Positions 19,600-28,599 of a DNA stretch of 64,000 nt are shown here, piece by piece. This DNA comes from an uncultured virus (IMG/VR IMGVR_UViG_3300017758_000001). Lineage: Duplodnaviria; Heunggongvirae; Uroviricota; Caudoviricetes. Position numbers and translations under genes: made by a program. The stretch lies in the IMG/VR virus record IMGVR_UViG_3300017758_000001. One strand, written 5' to 3'. Positions within the stretch are counted from its first letter, which is position 1. Each line of letters opens with the position of its first letter. The notes under the pieces were generated by a model. It searched no databases, had not been told where the DNA came from, and saw only the letters and a program-made list of their open reading frames with translations.

Positions 19600-19957
19600 T
19601 TCCTTCTATTTTAAGTTTTTCAAGTTGATTAAGATCTAATTCCTCAAACATTGATCTCATTTCTTTTACTTTTATATCAAACAGTTTTCTTTTCTTTTCT
19701 TCTTCAATGTTTTTATCTATTATTTCTTTTGCACAATTAAAGGTAGTGTCGTAACCATCTTCAGTTGCGGTAGAAATGACAGAAATAAGTGTATGTTTAT
19801 CGTTCTTATCTTGAACTTTTATTGTAATCGTTTTATACACCTGAACGATCTTTTCGTATTTCCAAGTTACTGGTAATTTAATGTCTAAACTGACATTTTG
19901 TTTTATTTCCCTCAATGAGTGAAAATATGGTTTTAAGTTTTTGATTATTTCGAACAC
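19481..19957 (-). CDS. Hypothetical protein (158 aa)
   Basis: GTG start 3 nt after the upstream stop. Confidence 0.7.
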   Translation of the reverse strand: MFEIIKNLKPYFHSLREIKQNVSLDIKLPVTWKYEKIVQVYKTITIKVQDKNDKHTLISVISTATEDGYDTTFNCAKEIIDKNIEEEKKRKLFDIKVKEMRSMFEELDLNQLEKLKIEGNVKKTYEGGIKLVEDGDEKGSEGDSESQKDDDQPTEKDE

Positions 19958-19960
19958 GTC

Positions 19961-20140
19961 TTATGTTATTAAAAAAGTTATAATGTATGATATTGATAGG
20001 TAAATTGTTACTTTCTCAATGTCGTTAAATTTTAATGGTTCTGTAATCGGTTGAATTAGTTTTATAATAAACTCAATGATTAGTTTGCTGATAAACAGAA
20101 CACTTAAAATGAATAAAAAGGTTTTAATTTCATTTATCAT
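19961..20140 (-). CDS. Small two-TM membrane protein (59 aa; not in ORF track)
   Basis: MINEIKTFLFILSVLFISKLIIEFIIKLIQPITEPLKFNDIEKVTIYLSISYIITFLIT* fills the gap exactly. Confidence 0.7.
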   Translation of the reverse strand: MINEIKTFLFILSVLFISKLIIEFIIKLIQPITEPLKFNDIEKVTIYLSISYIITFLIT

Positions 20141-20312
20141 GTCTCTTGATCTCGTCTAAAACTTCTTTTCTGTAAACAGAAATTAGATTTTTAATTTCTT
20201 GTGCGTACTTTCTTGCTCTTATCGATGCAGATCTATTACCCTTATCAAAAACTTTGTGAGTGTCTACTGACATCTTCTCAACCAATTCTTTAATTCTGAC
20301 TAACGTTTCCAT
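20130..20312 (-). CDS. Histone H1-like Hc1-family protein
   Basis: KGNRSASIRARK..QEIKNL...RKEV matches the Hc1 core (KGNKAAGTRARK) as recalled. Confidence 0.8.
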   Translation of the reverse strand: METLVRIKELVEKMSVDTHKVFDKGNRSASIRARKYAQEIKNLISVYRKEVLDEIKRHDK

Positions 20313-20334
20313 ATTTTTTTACGGTTTTGATACT

Positions 20335-20363
20335 AATATATGGAATTTTTTTTTCGAAGTCAA
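20335..20363 (-). promoter_or_regulatory. sigma70-type promoter upstream of the Hc1 gene
   Basis: TTGACT-17 nt-TATATT. Confidence 0.7.
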
Positions 20364-20824
20364 GTTTTAGTGGTGAGGTTTTTGTCTAATAATCTATAAA
20401 ATTCTGTAAGTACCCCTAATTCTGAACGGGTTTTCGAGTGGTTATAGTCAAACAATTTAAAAATATATTCTCCAATTTTAACCTCTTCTTCATCCATTTG
20501 AGGATAGTAGTAAGATTCAAGGAAAAAATCCCAAAAGTACTCATAATGAATACCTCTTTTATTAAGATAGATTTTTTCTTTAGAAAGGTTTTCAATTGTT
20601 TTGTCCCAACACCATGTAAAGTGATTTCTCTGATCTTCTTCTTCAATAAGGACATCTGACCCCAAAAAAGTTTTATCTATCAGTAGATGTAAGGAATTTA
20701 AGAAATCATAGTATAATTCTACACGTTCTACCATGATACCGTATGCTTTATACCATACTTCGGATTGTGCGGTAAGATTATCACCGTGTAGTATTGATTT
20801 TAGATATGTGTCCTTATTTTCCAT
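20360..20824 (-). CDS. Hypothetical protein (probable start ATG 20824, MENKDTY)
   Basis: The track's TTG extension coincides with a promoter-like T-rich tract (TTGTCT-17-TACATT). Confidence 0.7.
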   Translation of the reverse strand: MENKDTYLKSILHGDNLTAQSEVWYKAYGIMVERVELYYDFLNSLHLLIDKTFLGSDVLIEEEDQRNHFTWCWDKTIENLSKEKIYLNKRGIHYEYFWDFFLESYYYPQMDEEEVKIGEYIFKLFDYNHSKTRSELGVLTEFYRLLDKNLTTKT

Positions 20825-20870
20825 CTCTTTATAAAATGTAAGAAAAAAAGAGAATAAAGACAACAGGAAA

Positions 20871-22067
20871 TTACTGAGTCTTCTCGTTATAAGAGGAAAT
20901 ATTTCTCATTCTTTTGATTTCTTCCTCTAAAACACCATTCTTTTCTTCTACTGTCTCAGTTATTTCTTCTTTTTCTTCAGAAACTACTTTTACTGGTTGG
21001 ATATCTTTTTTATACATAGGTTGATTTTCATACCTATCTTTTCTTTTCTCCGCAGTTGATGTAAGTTTCTTACCTGTATCATTAGGAATTGTGTTTCCAC
21101 CATCTTCGTTACCTGTAGTAGAATCACCTTCTAATGCTTTCTTTAATCTTTCTTTGAACTCGTCTGTTGGTTCTTGATCATAGTCGAGGTCTAACGCGTG
21201 TTCTCCTCTTTCTAAGTCTGTCTCTTCATTTTCTTCCTCAGTGTTGTGTACAACCTTTTTTGGATCTAATGTATCAGGACCTCCCTTACCTATTTGATTC
21301 GGGAATTCAGGGTTATCGTTACCTTCCATTGAAAGGGTATCTTTAAGTTTTTTGTCGATGTTAGCCATATGTTCTTTTGTTTGTTTACCTGAATCTTTAT
21401 GTGCGTTTTGAACCGCAGTTAAACCAGGATGTGCTTCATTTACTATTTTTGTTATCATATCAACTAATTGTGCTTCTGACAAACGAAGAACCTTCTCCCC
21501 ACTCTCATCTTCATTAATTGAATCGTCCCCCTCATACATTTTACCACACTCACACAAATCTTTCTCACATTTTTCACATGTACTTTCTTCTAATTGTTCG
21601 TGAAATTCTACTTCTTCATCTTCATCAATGTCTGATTTGATTGTTACGGGATGCATCTTACCACTACCTTTTGGAAATTCAAACTCCTTTTCTCCTTTGT
21701 CTCTCGCAGCGTCCGCAGCAAGGACAAATGCGTTTTCGTTTTGATCTTGGTTTATTTCTGAAATTTCTTTGTTTTCTTCCATGGGTTCTGTATCTATTTT
21801 TTCACTCATCTCGTCTAACATATCTATAAGTTCTTCTTTAGACTCGTAAGTTTCCATCTCGATAATGAATTTCTTATCGGGGTTCTCTTTATTGTATTTT
21901 GAACACTTCTTATCTGCCTCCTCTTTAGTCTGACAAACTTCGACGTGTTCACCTTCACACTTAATAACATAAGCGGTTTTTTTACCTTTACCTTCCTCAA
22001 GAATTGTTTTCTTAATTTCGGTTGAAATGGTTTCTTCTATAATCTTATTTAAATCTGAAACTTTCAT
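20871..22067 (-). CDS. Acidic putative internal head/scaffold-type protein (398 aa)
   Basis: E-rich; motifs ILEE, VLRLSEAQLVDMITKIVNEA, VLEEEIKRMR; RTATTTAT 5 nt upstream. Confidence 0.6.
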   Translation of the reverse strand: MKVSDLNKIIEETISTEIKKTILEEGKGKKTAYVIKCEGEHVEVCQTKEEADKKCSKYNKENPDKKFIIEMETYESKEELIDMLDEMSEKIDTEPMEENKEISEINQDQNENAFVLAADAARDKGEKEFEFPKGSGKMHPVTIKSDIDEDEEVEFHEQLEESTCEKCEKDLCECGKMYEGDDSINEDESGEKVLRLSEAQLVDMITKIVNEAHPGLTAVQNAHKDSGKQTKEHMANIDKKLKDTLSMEGNDNPEFPNQIGKGGPDTLDPKKVVHNTEEENEETDLERGEHALDLDYDQEPTDEFKERLKKALEGDSTTGNEDGGNTIPNDTGKKLTSTAEKRKDRYENQPMYKKDIQPVKVVSEEKEEITETVEEKNGVLEEEIKRMRNISSYNEKTQ

Positions 22068-22068
22068 A

Positions 22069-22563
22069 TTATATAAATATACGTTTTATGTCATTTATCA
22101 CTAATTTTTCTACTTCGTGTATTGGTAAACCGTATTTCTTTGAAATTGTGGTGACGGCTTCGTTAATTTGGTCATTTTCGTAGAATTCAAGTGCGTTTAT
22201 GTCTCCCTCGTCACAATAAGGAAACTTTTTACATTTTTCTTTCACTTTAACATAGACACCATCAGGTCCTCCCCACATAGGGAAGTTATTTTTCCTCATT
22301 GTTTTCATTCTTTTAACAATTGAGCTTGGTCCATCAATTTTCAAAGGATTTTTCTTACCTGATCCAAATGGTGCGTCATATTGTCCCGATGCAGAGACCG
22401 ATGAAGTGGTTGCCTCAGTGAATTCACCTTCTTCAGGTTCTTCATTATACTTTTTCTTGTTGTGAATCTTATAAATCTCTTTCTTAGAAAGAAATTTACC
22501 GAAAGGTGCTTCATAAGAACCTGCGGAACCTGCCATTGTTGCCTCTTTAGTGTCTTTTGCCAT
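22069..22563 (-). CDS. Hypothetical, putative head-associated protein (164 aa)
   Basis: Internal repeat EATMAGSAGSYEAPFG / EATTSSVSASGQYDAPFG; CKKFPYC. Confidence 0.65.
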   Translation of the reverse strand: MAKDTKEATMAGSAGSYEAPFGKFLSKKEIYKIHNKKKYNEEPEEGEFTEATTSSVSASGQYDAPFGSGKKNPLKIDGPSSIVKRMKTMRKNNFPMWGGPDGVYVKVKEKCKKFPYCDEGDINALEFYENDQINEAVTTISKKYGLPIHEVEKLVINDIKRIFI

Positions 22564-22571
22564 ATTAATAA

Positions 22572-22811
22572 TTATTTAACATTTTTTAATGGTCCTTCCC
22601 AAAATGATTTACGTTGCCATAATTGTTTAAACAACTCGACAACTACTTTTGTGGATAATTCAACAACCTTACCATTAATATCACGAGTATTCATCTCTTT
22701 TTTGATCATATCAACCACTATTTTGTGTGCTTGTGTACCATCAAGAAACTTTTTGATCTCACTCTTAGCAATCCTCTCTATTTGGTTTTTATCTGTTGTT
22801 GTAAGTGCCAT
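22572..22811 (-). CDS. Hypothetical protein (79 aa)
   Basis: Tightly packed in the operon. Confidence 0.7.
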   Translation of the reverse strand: MALTTTDKNQIERIAKSEIKKFLDGTQAHKIVVDMIKKEMNTRDINGKVVELSTKVVVELFKQLWQRKSFWEGPLKNVK

Positions 22812-22814
22812 AAA

Positions 22815-23300
22815 TTAGTCTATTCTTCTTTGAGTTATGAGGTCATTCATCCCATCGGCGAATACATCCTCGAATTTAATTAGTTTTTCGATCGACCCTA
22901 TAAGGTCATATGTTAATTTTAACATACTTGTGTTCAGATAAACCCCTTTTTCTGTACCAGCAACAATCACAAAATTTAAATCTACATCAGGTAAAACACC
23001 ATCTAATCTAATTTGGTCCTTTTGTATAGTTAAACCTGGTCTTAGGTCTCCTAAGTCAGAAACTTGTGTTTTAAAATTTTCTATGACTTGACTAATTGCA
23101 CTTTTTGAATCATTTTGTAGTTCTAAATCTTCTTCACTTGATGCAATAATCCTAACCTCAACACCATCTACAACAGTGATAGTGTCTTTTAACTCTTTTT
23201 CTTCCTCTTGTTCGTTAATGAGTTTAGTCGTCTCACTACCTACTGACTCATTAAGTCTACGTAGTGTGTTTAACATTCTTTTTGTATTATCGTAGTTCAT
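22815..23300 (-). CDS. Hypothetical, putative head-associated protein (161 aa)
   Basis: N-terminal KRMLNTLRRLNES..LINEQ; tight packing. Confidence 0.7.
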   Translation of the reverse strand: MNYDNTKRMLNTLRRLNESVGSETTKLINEQEEEKELKDTITVVDGVEVRIIASSEEDLELQNDSKSAISQVIENFKTQVSDLGDLRPGLTIQKDQIRLDGVLPDVDLNFVIVAGTEKGVYLNTSMLKLTYDLIGSIEKLIKFEDVFADGMNDLITQRRID

Positions 23301-23307
23301 TTTTTCT

Positions 23308-23913
23308 TTAAATTTCTTGTTCCGTAAATTTTTTAAAATTAAACGAAGGGTTTATATCTGTATAAATATTTGAAAAGTTGGATTTACATACAATTCCTTC
23401 GAATTTATCTATTTTTTCTATAAAACCATTAGATGGAACTATCCTTTCCTTGATATTATGTGTGTTACAGAGGTCCAAACATAACTCTATTAAACATTCC
23501 ATTTGTGGTTCACTATATCTATCCCAATAAAATTTATCTCTCCAACTTCTTACAAAGGGTTCTGACCTAAATGGATCACCAATCCAATTACTATAGTAAC
23601 CAGTGATTGTGTTTTTATTTAACCAACCAAGATTTTCAACCGCAATTTTAATTTGTCTGCAGTCAATCTCTTTATCACCAAATGTTTTAGAATGGTATTT
23701 GGTGTCTAATAACCTATATACGTCCCCCATTTTACTTATAATAAAGTGAGGTAAATCTTCATACTGACTGTTTTGTCTGTGTTTCAGTTTATTGATAAAG
23801 TCATCAATACGTCTTTTAGTATCATATAAAAGAATTTGTTTCTTTTTATAAGATCTTTTTGAGTGATTTAGGTTTTTCTTACTAATTGTTTCTACGTCTC
23901 GAATTTCCAACAT
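23308..23913 (-). CDS. N-acetylmuramoyl-L-alanine amidase (Amidase_2)-fold protein, Zn ligands apparently degenerate
   Basis: [42 protein letters not shown] and TDINP follow the family layout. Confidence 0.65.
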   Translation of the reverse strand: MLEIRDVETISKKNLNHSKRSYKKKQILLYDTKRRIDDFINKLKHRQNSQYEDLPHFIISKMGDVYRLLDTKYHSKTFGDKEIDCRQIKIAVENLGWLNKNTITGYYSNWIGDPFRSEPFVRSWRDKFYWDRYSEPQMECLIELCLDLCNTHNIKERIVPSNGFIEKIDKFEGIVCKSNFSNIYTDINPSFNFKKFTEQEI

Positions 23914-24223
23914 TTCTTCTAATTACTTTCCCCCCTAATTTTATTAAGGGTTCTTTAGGTATTGTAACATTACTTATTTCTGAATATAAATCATCAATAT
24001 ATTCAGTAGGTGTTGGTGTGGAGGTTGGTTGTAGAGTCTCAGTGGGTTGCGGTGTTGATGTAGGTTGAGAAGTACTTGTTGGGTATGGTGTTGGGTTCGG
24101 TGTACTCGTCGGAAAAGGGGTAGAAGTTGGGTTTGATGTAGGAAATGGAGTTGTAGTCGGTATTGGGGTACTAAAAGGTGTTGAAGTTGGAACGGGTTGT
24201 GGGGGTTTTGTAAGTTCTACTAA
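23882..24223 (-). CDS. Start-less -1-frame extension (113 aa, Pro/Thr-rich) of the 432-aa membrane protein
   Basis: [32 protein letters not shown]...[19 protein letters not shown]; no ATG/GTG/TTG in frame; closed upstream by TGA at the A10 run. Confidence 0.75.
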   Translation of the reverse strand, partial: LVELTKPPQPVPTSTPFSTPIPTTTPFPTSNPTSTPFPTSTPNPTPYPTSTSQPTSTPQPTETLQPTSTPTPTEYIDDLYSEISNVTIPKEPLIKLGGKVIRRNVGNSRRRNN

Positions 24224-25518
24224 TTTTTTTTTTCAGGTTCGTTTTCGTCCTGATTTTCTAATGGGAGTGGTTGTCCCACATTTAAATTTGGTTGAACGAT
24301 GGGGGTTTCATCGGGGACATCATTTATTTTGACATCAACCTCAAAATTTGGGTCTGATTGTGTTGGTAATTCTTCCAACACTACGTCTATATTTTTAAGT
24401 TCTTCCCACTGTTCTACTTCATCAACAACACTTTCAGGGGTTGATTCAGGTTCTTTATCTTTAATTTCACCCGTATCTAAATCAAGTTGTTTTTCTTCTA
24501 CCTTTTCAGGTAACATTACATCTTCCTTATCATCTTCGTTATCCCACGATCTCGATTCTCTTAAATATTTTTCTAAGTCCTCGTATTTGTTAGGTGTTAT
24601 TGGTTTTGGTTTCTCAGTAACCACCTCAGGTACAGAAGTTTCTTGTTTACGATCTTCAAAATCGTTGATCACTTCGTCTAAGTATTGTTTTTCCGCCTCT
24701 TCAGCGTCCTTTGACCATTGTTCTAAATCTTCATCACTTAGTGGAGGTTGTTCGGTAAACCATTCAGGTGGTTCTTCATTAAAACTCTCTTCTTCCATTA
24801 CAGGTGGATCAAGTGATGGGTCGTCTGCGTAGGCATTACCGTACGCCACTTCAGGTGGCATACCTTCATCACCATCCCATTCTTTGGTACGTGCATCGAA
24901 TATACTTTTACCTTTAGTTGGTTTTTCTTCAGGTTTGAACTTACTAAGTAATTCCTCTAATTTTTCTAAATCACTTTCTGAGGGTTTAATCTTAGTCTCT
25001 TCTTCTATTACAGTCTTGGTCTCTTCCCCATCCTCTTCTTTAACTTCTGATTGTTGTTCTTCATTAAACTTGACTAACATATGTAGAAATGAAAGTGATA
25101 TTAGTGGTAACATACCACCCGCAAATATTGCTAAAAATCTTCTGTGTCCTTGTAGGTCGGTCTCTTCAATACCAACATATTCTAATATTGGTCCTGTTAA
25201 TTCAACCCACGATAGAAATTGTTGTGCATCTATTTTAATAAATTCAAATGCAAAGAATATGTTTCCCACAAACTGAATTAATGTTACAATACCAAATGGA
25301 ACATATACTTTTGACCCCATTTGTGCCGATATGGCAGCAAGAGCCGATAATGCGGCAATTTCTATACCTATTGATAGGTATAACGCCCATGACATTGGGT
25401 TTGAAATTCCATACCACACGGTAACGTGTGAAATAGATACAATTGCGACTGTAATAATTGGAACTAAGAACGACACATAGATGATCGTTCTAAAGTTCTT
25501 GTTGAACCACTTTCCCAT
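24220..25518 (-). CDS. Four-TM membrane protein with a long acidic tail (432 aa; about 545 aa if frameshifted)
   Basis: Four hydrophobic segments in residues ~10-150; E/D/P-rich C-terminus; ends GAA AAA AAA AAT TAG. Confidence 0.85.
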   Translation of the reverse strand: MGKWFNKNFRTIIYVSFLVPIITVAIVSISHVTVWYGISNPMSWALYLSIGIEIAALSALAAISAQMGSKVYVPFGIVTLIQFVGNIFFAFEFIKIDAQQFLSWVELTGPILEYVGIEETDLQGHRRFLAIFAGGMLPLISLSFLHMLVKFNEEQQSEVKEEDGEETKTVIEEETKIKPSESDLEKLEELLSKFKPEEKPTKGKSIFDARTKEWDGDEGMPPEVAYGNAYADDPSLDPPVMEEESFNEEPPEWFTEQPPLSDEDLEQWSKDAEEAEKQYLDEVINDFEDRKQETSVPEVVTEKPKPITPNKYEDLEKYLRESRSWDNEDDKEDVMLPEKVEEKQLDLDTGEIKDKEPESTPESVVDEVEQWEELKNIDVVLEELPTQSDPNFEVDVKINDVPDETPIVQPNLNVGQPLPLENQDENEPEKKN

Positions 25519-25809
25519 TTACTTATTTAACTCCTTTTGAAGTACCTCTAACTCTTTTTCAATTTCAGATTGTCTGTTTAAGTCGAACATTTTCCTGTCA
25601 GTAGCCTGTATCATTCTATGTTCACTTTTTAAACCCTCAATTTTTAATCTAAGGTCTAATTCATCTTTTGTGAAAGTACTCTCTTTTATGATCTCGATCT
25701 CCTTTTGAATGTCAGATAGTTCTCTACTATCACCACAACCTCTGAAAAAAGTTAGTAGAAGGATTACGAATACTATTGTAATAAAATATTTATCAATAAA
25801 TTTTTTCAT
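25519..25809 (-). CDS. Membrane-anchored/lipoprotein coiled-coil protein (spanin-like)
   Basis: MKK + hydrophobic stretch + FRGC, then a coiled coil. Confidence 0.55.
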   Translation of the reverse strand: MKKFIDKYFITIVFVILLLTFFRGCGDSRELSDIQKEIEIIKESTFTKDELDLRLKIEGLKSEHRMIQATDRKMFDLNRQSEIEKELEVLQKELNK

Positions 25810-25827
25810 ATTAATCTGTTTTTACCT

Positions 25828-26628
25828 TTATAAATACCTTAGAAGAGTAAAACTCTCGTTTCTTAACTTTTTCATTGCCTTCTCTTTGAGTTGTCTGATC
25901 CTTTCTTTTGTACATCCAAACTCCTCACCCAAATCTTCTAAATTACACTCAACACCATCCAATCCAAAGTATTTTGTTATGATAATCTTTTCTTTTTCAT
26001 TCAAAACATTCAAAGCCCTTCTCACATGTGCCTTTCTTCCTTCTTCATCTTCCAAATATGCTTGGGGATCATCTGCGTTGTGATTTACAACAATATCAAC
26101 GAGTTGATCACCTTCTTCATTAATCTTACCACTTAAACTTACACAATATGGTAGAGAAAGTGAACCCTTTTTTGTGTGAGTTTGTGGTCCCTCTTCAATT
26201 AAAGGTTCTTTTTTAAGTTTTTGAACGTCTTGGATGATATTAGACGGAAGTCTAATTGTCCTTGCATTATCGTTCAGTGATGCCATAATACTTTGTTTAA
26301 TCCACCAAACTGCATATGAAATAAACCTAACCTTTTTTGTGGGGTCAAATTCTTTAGCTGCACGAATCAAACCGACATTACCTTCTGATATTAGATCGGG
26401 TAAATCCATACCTTGATTTTGGTATTGTTTTGCAACACTAACCACAAATCTAAGGTTACCGATTACTAATTCTTTTAAAAGACCTGACTTATTAATTTCT
26501 GATAAGTTTTCGTCATTTAATTGTTTAATTATTTCTTTGAGTCTGTCATTTGACAGCACAGGAATTTTCTTCAAATCTTTAAGATAGTAGAAGATCTCAT
26601 CTGTGTTTAGGAAGGTTGATTGATGCAT
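25828..26628 (-). CDS. sigma70-family RNA polymerase sigma factor resembling the short Bacteroidota primary sigma
   Basis: NLRFVVSVAKQYQNQG..DLISEGNVGLIRAA..FISYAVWWIKQSI; region 4 LEDLGEEFGCTKERIRQLKEKAMKKLR. Confidence 0.95.
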   Translation of the reverse strand: MHQSTFLNTDEIFYYLKDLKKIPVLSNDRLKEIIKQLNDENLSEINKSGLLKELVIGNLRFVVSVAKQYQNQGMDLPDLISEGNVGLIRAAKEFDPTKKVRFISYAVWWIKQSIMASLNDNARTIRLPSNIIQDVQKLKKEPLIEEGPQTHTKKGSLSLPYCVSLSGKINEEGDQLVDIVVNHNADDPQAYLEDEEGRKAHVRRALNVLNEKEKIIITKYFGLDGVECNLEDLGEEFGCTKERIRQLKEKAMKKLRNESFTLLRYL

Positions 26629-26682
26629 GTTTGGTCTATTTATTTAATGTGTAAAACGAATATCTAATGTATTTCTTTTTTT

Positions 26683-27126
26683 TCAGTTTTCAAAATCATC
26701 TAAGAACTTTTTTTCCTCATTTGTTAGACTATCGATGCCATCAGTTTTGATCTTATCCAAAATCTGATCAACATCAAATGAAATGTGTTTTTTTGGTCTT
26801 GAATATTTGACCATTAAGTATTGGTCGTCTGCCCTACCAAAAATAAATTCCTTCACTTTTTCAGGAAGGTGTGCCGAGACCATTTCATCTCGTCTAAACA
26901 AAAAGTAAAATTTGACTTGATCCATCGTCAGGTCCTTATGAAGTGATTTTGACATTTCATCGTGACCATGTTTACTCTGTATGATGATAACAAGATTTTT
27001 TTCATTTTCTACTATAAATTTTAATTTATGTACTGACTTATTTTGAAGTAGTACCTCGTTACAGTAAAATTCAATGTCCTCCATATCGTCGAACATCCCA
27101 TATAAAAATAGAATATAATTTTCCAT
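26683..27126 (-). CDS. Hypothetical protein with a C-terminal DUF6576-like motif
   Basis: VDQILDKIKTDGIDSLTNEEKKFL. Confidence 0.65.
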   Translation of the reverse strand: MENYILFLYGMFDDMEDIEFYCNEVLLQNKSVHKLKFIVENEKNLVIIIQSKHGHDEMSKSLHKDLTMDQVKFYFLFRRDEMVSAHLPEKVKEFIFGRADDQYLMVKYSRPKKHISFDVDQILDKIKTDGIDSLTNEEKKFLDDFEN

Positions 27127-27127
27127 T

Positions 27128-27844
27128 TTATTTTTTCTTTAAGTTGATTTTCCAAAAAAGACCCCCTGAAACATATGGGGTTAATCCCGAGTTCGTTGCA
27201 TTTTGAACACCAAGATTTAATTGGTAAAGTTTGTCCTGTTTTGTTTTCAGAATTAAACCTCCCGACGCAGATGAAAAGACATCTTGTTTATTAATGCCGA
27301 GATTAAAACCATAATACAATTGGTTCTTTGGTGGATCTTTAACTATTGTTGTATTGTACACAGTTGGAATTCTGAAATTCCATTTTACGTCTCTTTCTAC
27401 AATTTGATTTTGTGTAATCTTATCAGTAAGAATACCAAAACCTAAAGTACTGTCAGGTTTTTTACCTTGATTATCAGTTACTTCTTTTGGGAAATCATAT
27501 GTAAGATTCAATGTGTCTTTTACAACGTATGTCTCAAAGTATTTTTTTACAATGGCTAAACTATCAACGTCAACAGGTATTTCAACTTCAACTGTCTTAA
27601 TTTTAGTTATATATTTAGGAACATATTTTTCAACAATAACTTCCTTTTCAACAATGACAGTATCGATCTTTCTTTCAAGTAATTCGTAATTCTTACCATC
27701 AACTTTGACAATCTCAACGTCCTTGTCTTCTAAAGTACCTGCGCAGTTTCTTAAAAGTAATAAGATACCAAGACCAATGATAATAAGGGTTTTGATGTCC
27801 GTACTTAAAATCTTATTTACAAATCCTTTTGAATTTTTACCCAT
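27128..27844 (-). CDS. Envelope protein: N-terminal TM/lipobox-like anchor plus C-terminal amphipathic beta strands
   Basis: LIIIGLGILLLLRNC; LYYGFNLG, GGLILKT, YQLNLGV, YVSGGLFWKI. Confidence 0.6.
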   Translation of the reverse strand: MGKNSKGFVNKILSTDIKTLIIIGLGILLLLRNCAGTLEDKDVEIVKVDGKNYELLERKIDTVIVEKEVIVEKYVPKYITKIKTVEVEIPVDVDSLAIVKKYFETYVVKDTLNLTYDFPKEVTDNQGKKPDSTLGFGILTDKITQNQIVERDVKWNFRIPTVYNTTIVKDPPKNQLYYGFNLGINKQDVFSSASGGLILKTKQDKLYQLNLGVQNATNSGLTPYVSGGLFWKINLKKK

Positions 27845-27858
27845 TTTCTATAAATACT

Positions 27859-28533
27859 CTAGTTTTTTTTCTTGACTACATTATCTATAATACCGTACTG
27901 AACCGCCTCCTCTGCAGATAACCACATATCTCTTGCAGCATCTTTCATAACAACCTCAGGTTTTTTATCACAATATTTTCCTAAAAGATCAAAAAGTTGT
28001 TTGTTTAACTTTTTCCATTCTGTCATATCAATCTCAGCGTCTTGAATATTTCCACGGAATCCTCCACTTGATTGGTGTAACATTGTTCTTGAGAATGACA
28101 AAGAACCTCTTTTACCTTTGGTACCTGCACCAAGTAGGATTGAACCCATAGATGCTGCCATACCAGTATTAATTGTTCTAATATCGGAATTGATATAATC
28201 CATCACATCCACCATAGATAATCCTGATTTAACCGAACCACCTGGTGTGTCGACATGCATTGTAATATCATTGTGATCTATACTATCCAAAAACATCAAC
28301 TGTGCCTGAACAATAGTTGACATATTGTCATTTACAGGTCCTGCAACCCATATAATTCTCTCCATCATTAAACGAGAGAAAACGTCCATTACTGTGACGT
28401 TCAGTTGTCTCTCCTCTAATATATAAGGTGTGAGACTATTTTCGATTTGTTTGTTGTAATAATGTAGGTCGGAACCACTTATTTTGTGGTCTTTAGCATA
28501 CAAATTAAAGCTAGTATATTCTTTTGGTATCAT
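27859..28533 (-). CDS. clpP: ATP-dependent Clp protease proteolytic subunit (probable start ATG 28533)
   Basis: TPYILEERQLN..DVFSRLMMERII; AQLMFL; TPGGSV; catalytic AASMG, MLHQ and RD. Confidence 0.95.
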   Translation of the reverse strand: MIPKEYTSFNLYAKDHKISGSDLHYYNKQIENSLTPYILEERQLNVTVMDVFSRLMMERIIWVAGPVNDNMSTIVQAQLMFLDSIDHNDITMHVDTPGGSVKSGLSMVDVMDYINSDIRTINTGMAASMGSILLGAGTKGKRGSLSFSRTMLHQSSGGFRGNIQDAEIDMTEWKKLNKQLFDLLGKYCDKKPEVVMKDAARDMWLSAEEAVQYGIIDNVVKKKN

Positions 28534-28550
28534 AAGGTTAATTGTTTTTT

Positions 28551-28580
28551 CAAAGTTAAACAAAAATTTTTGTTATACAA
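28551..28580 (-). promoter_or_regulatory. Bacteroidota-type -33/-7 promoter upstream of clpP
   Basis: TTG-19 nt-TAACTTTG, matching TTG-N19-TAnnTTTG. Confidence 0.6.
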
Positions 28581-28599
28581 TAATTTTCTTAAAATTTTA

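Noticed and set aside
24214..24222. TAG read-through or stop-codon recoding as the explanation of the gap after the 432-aa gene
   Set aside because: Two tandem TAGs; the 0-frame continuation is an off-frame shadow of the PT repeats, and TAG terminates clpP at its normal length
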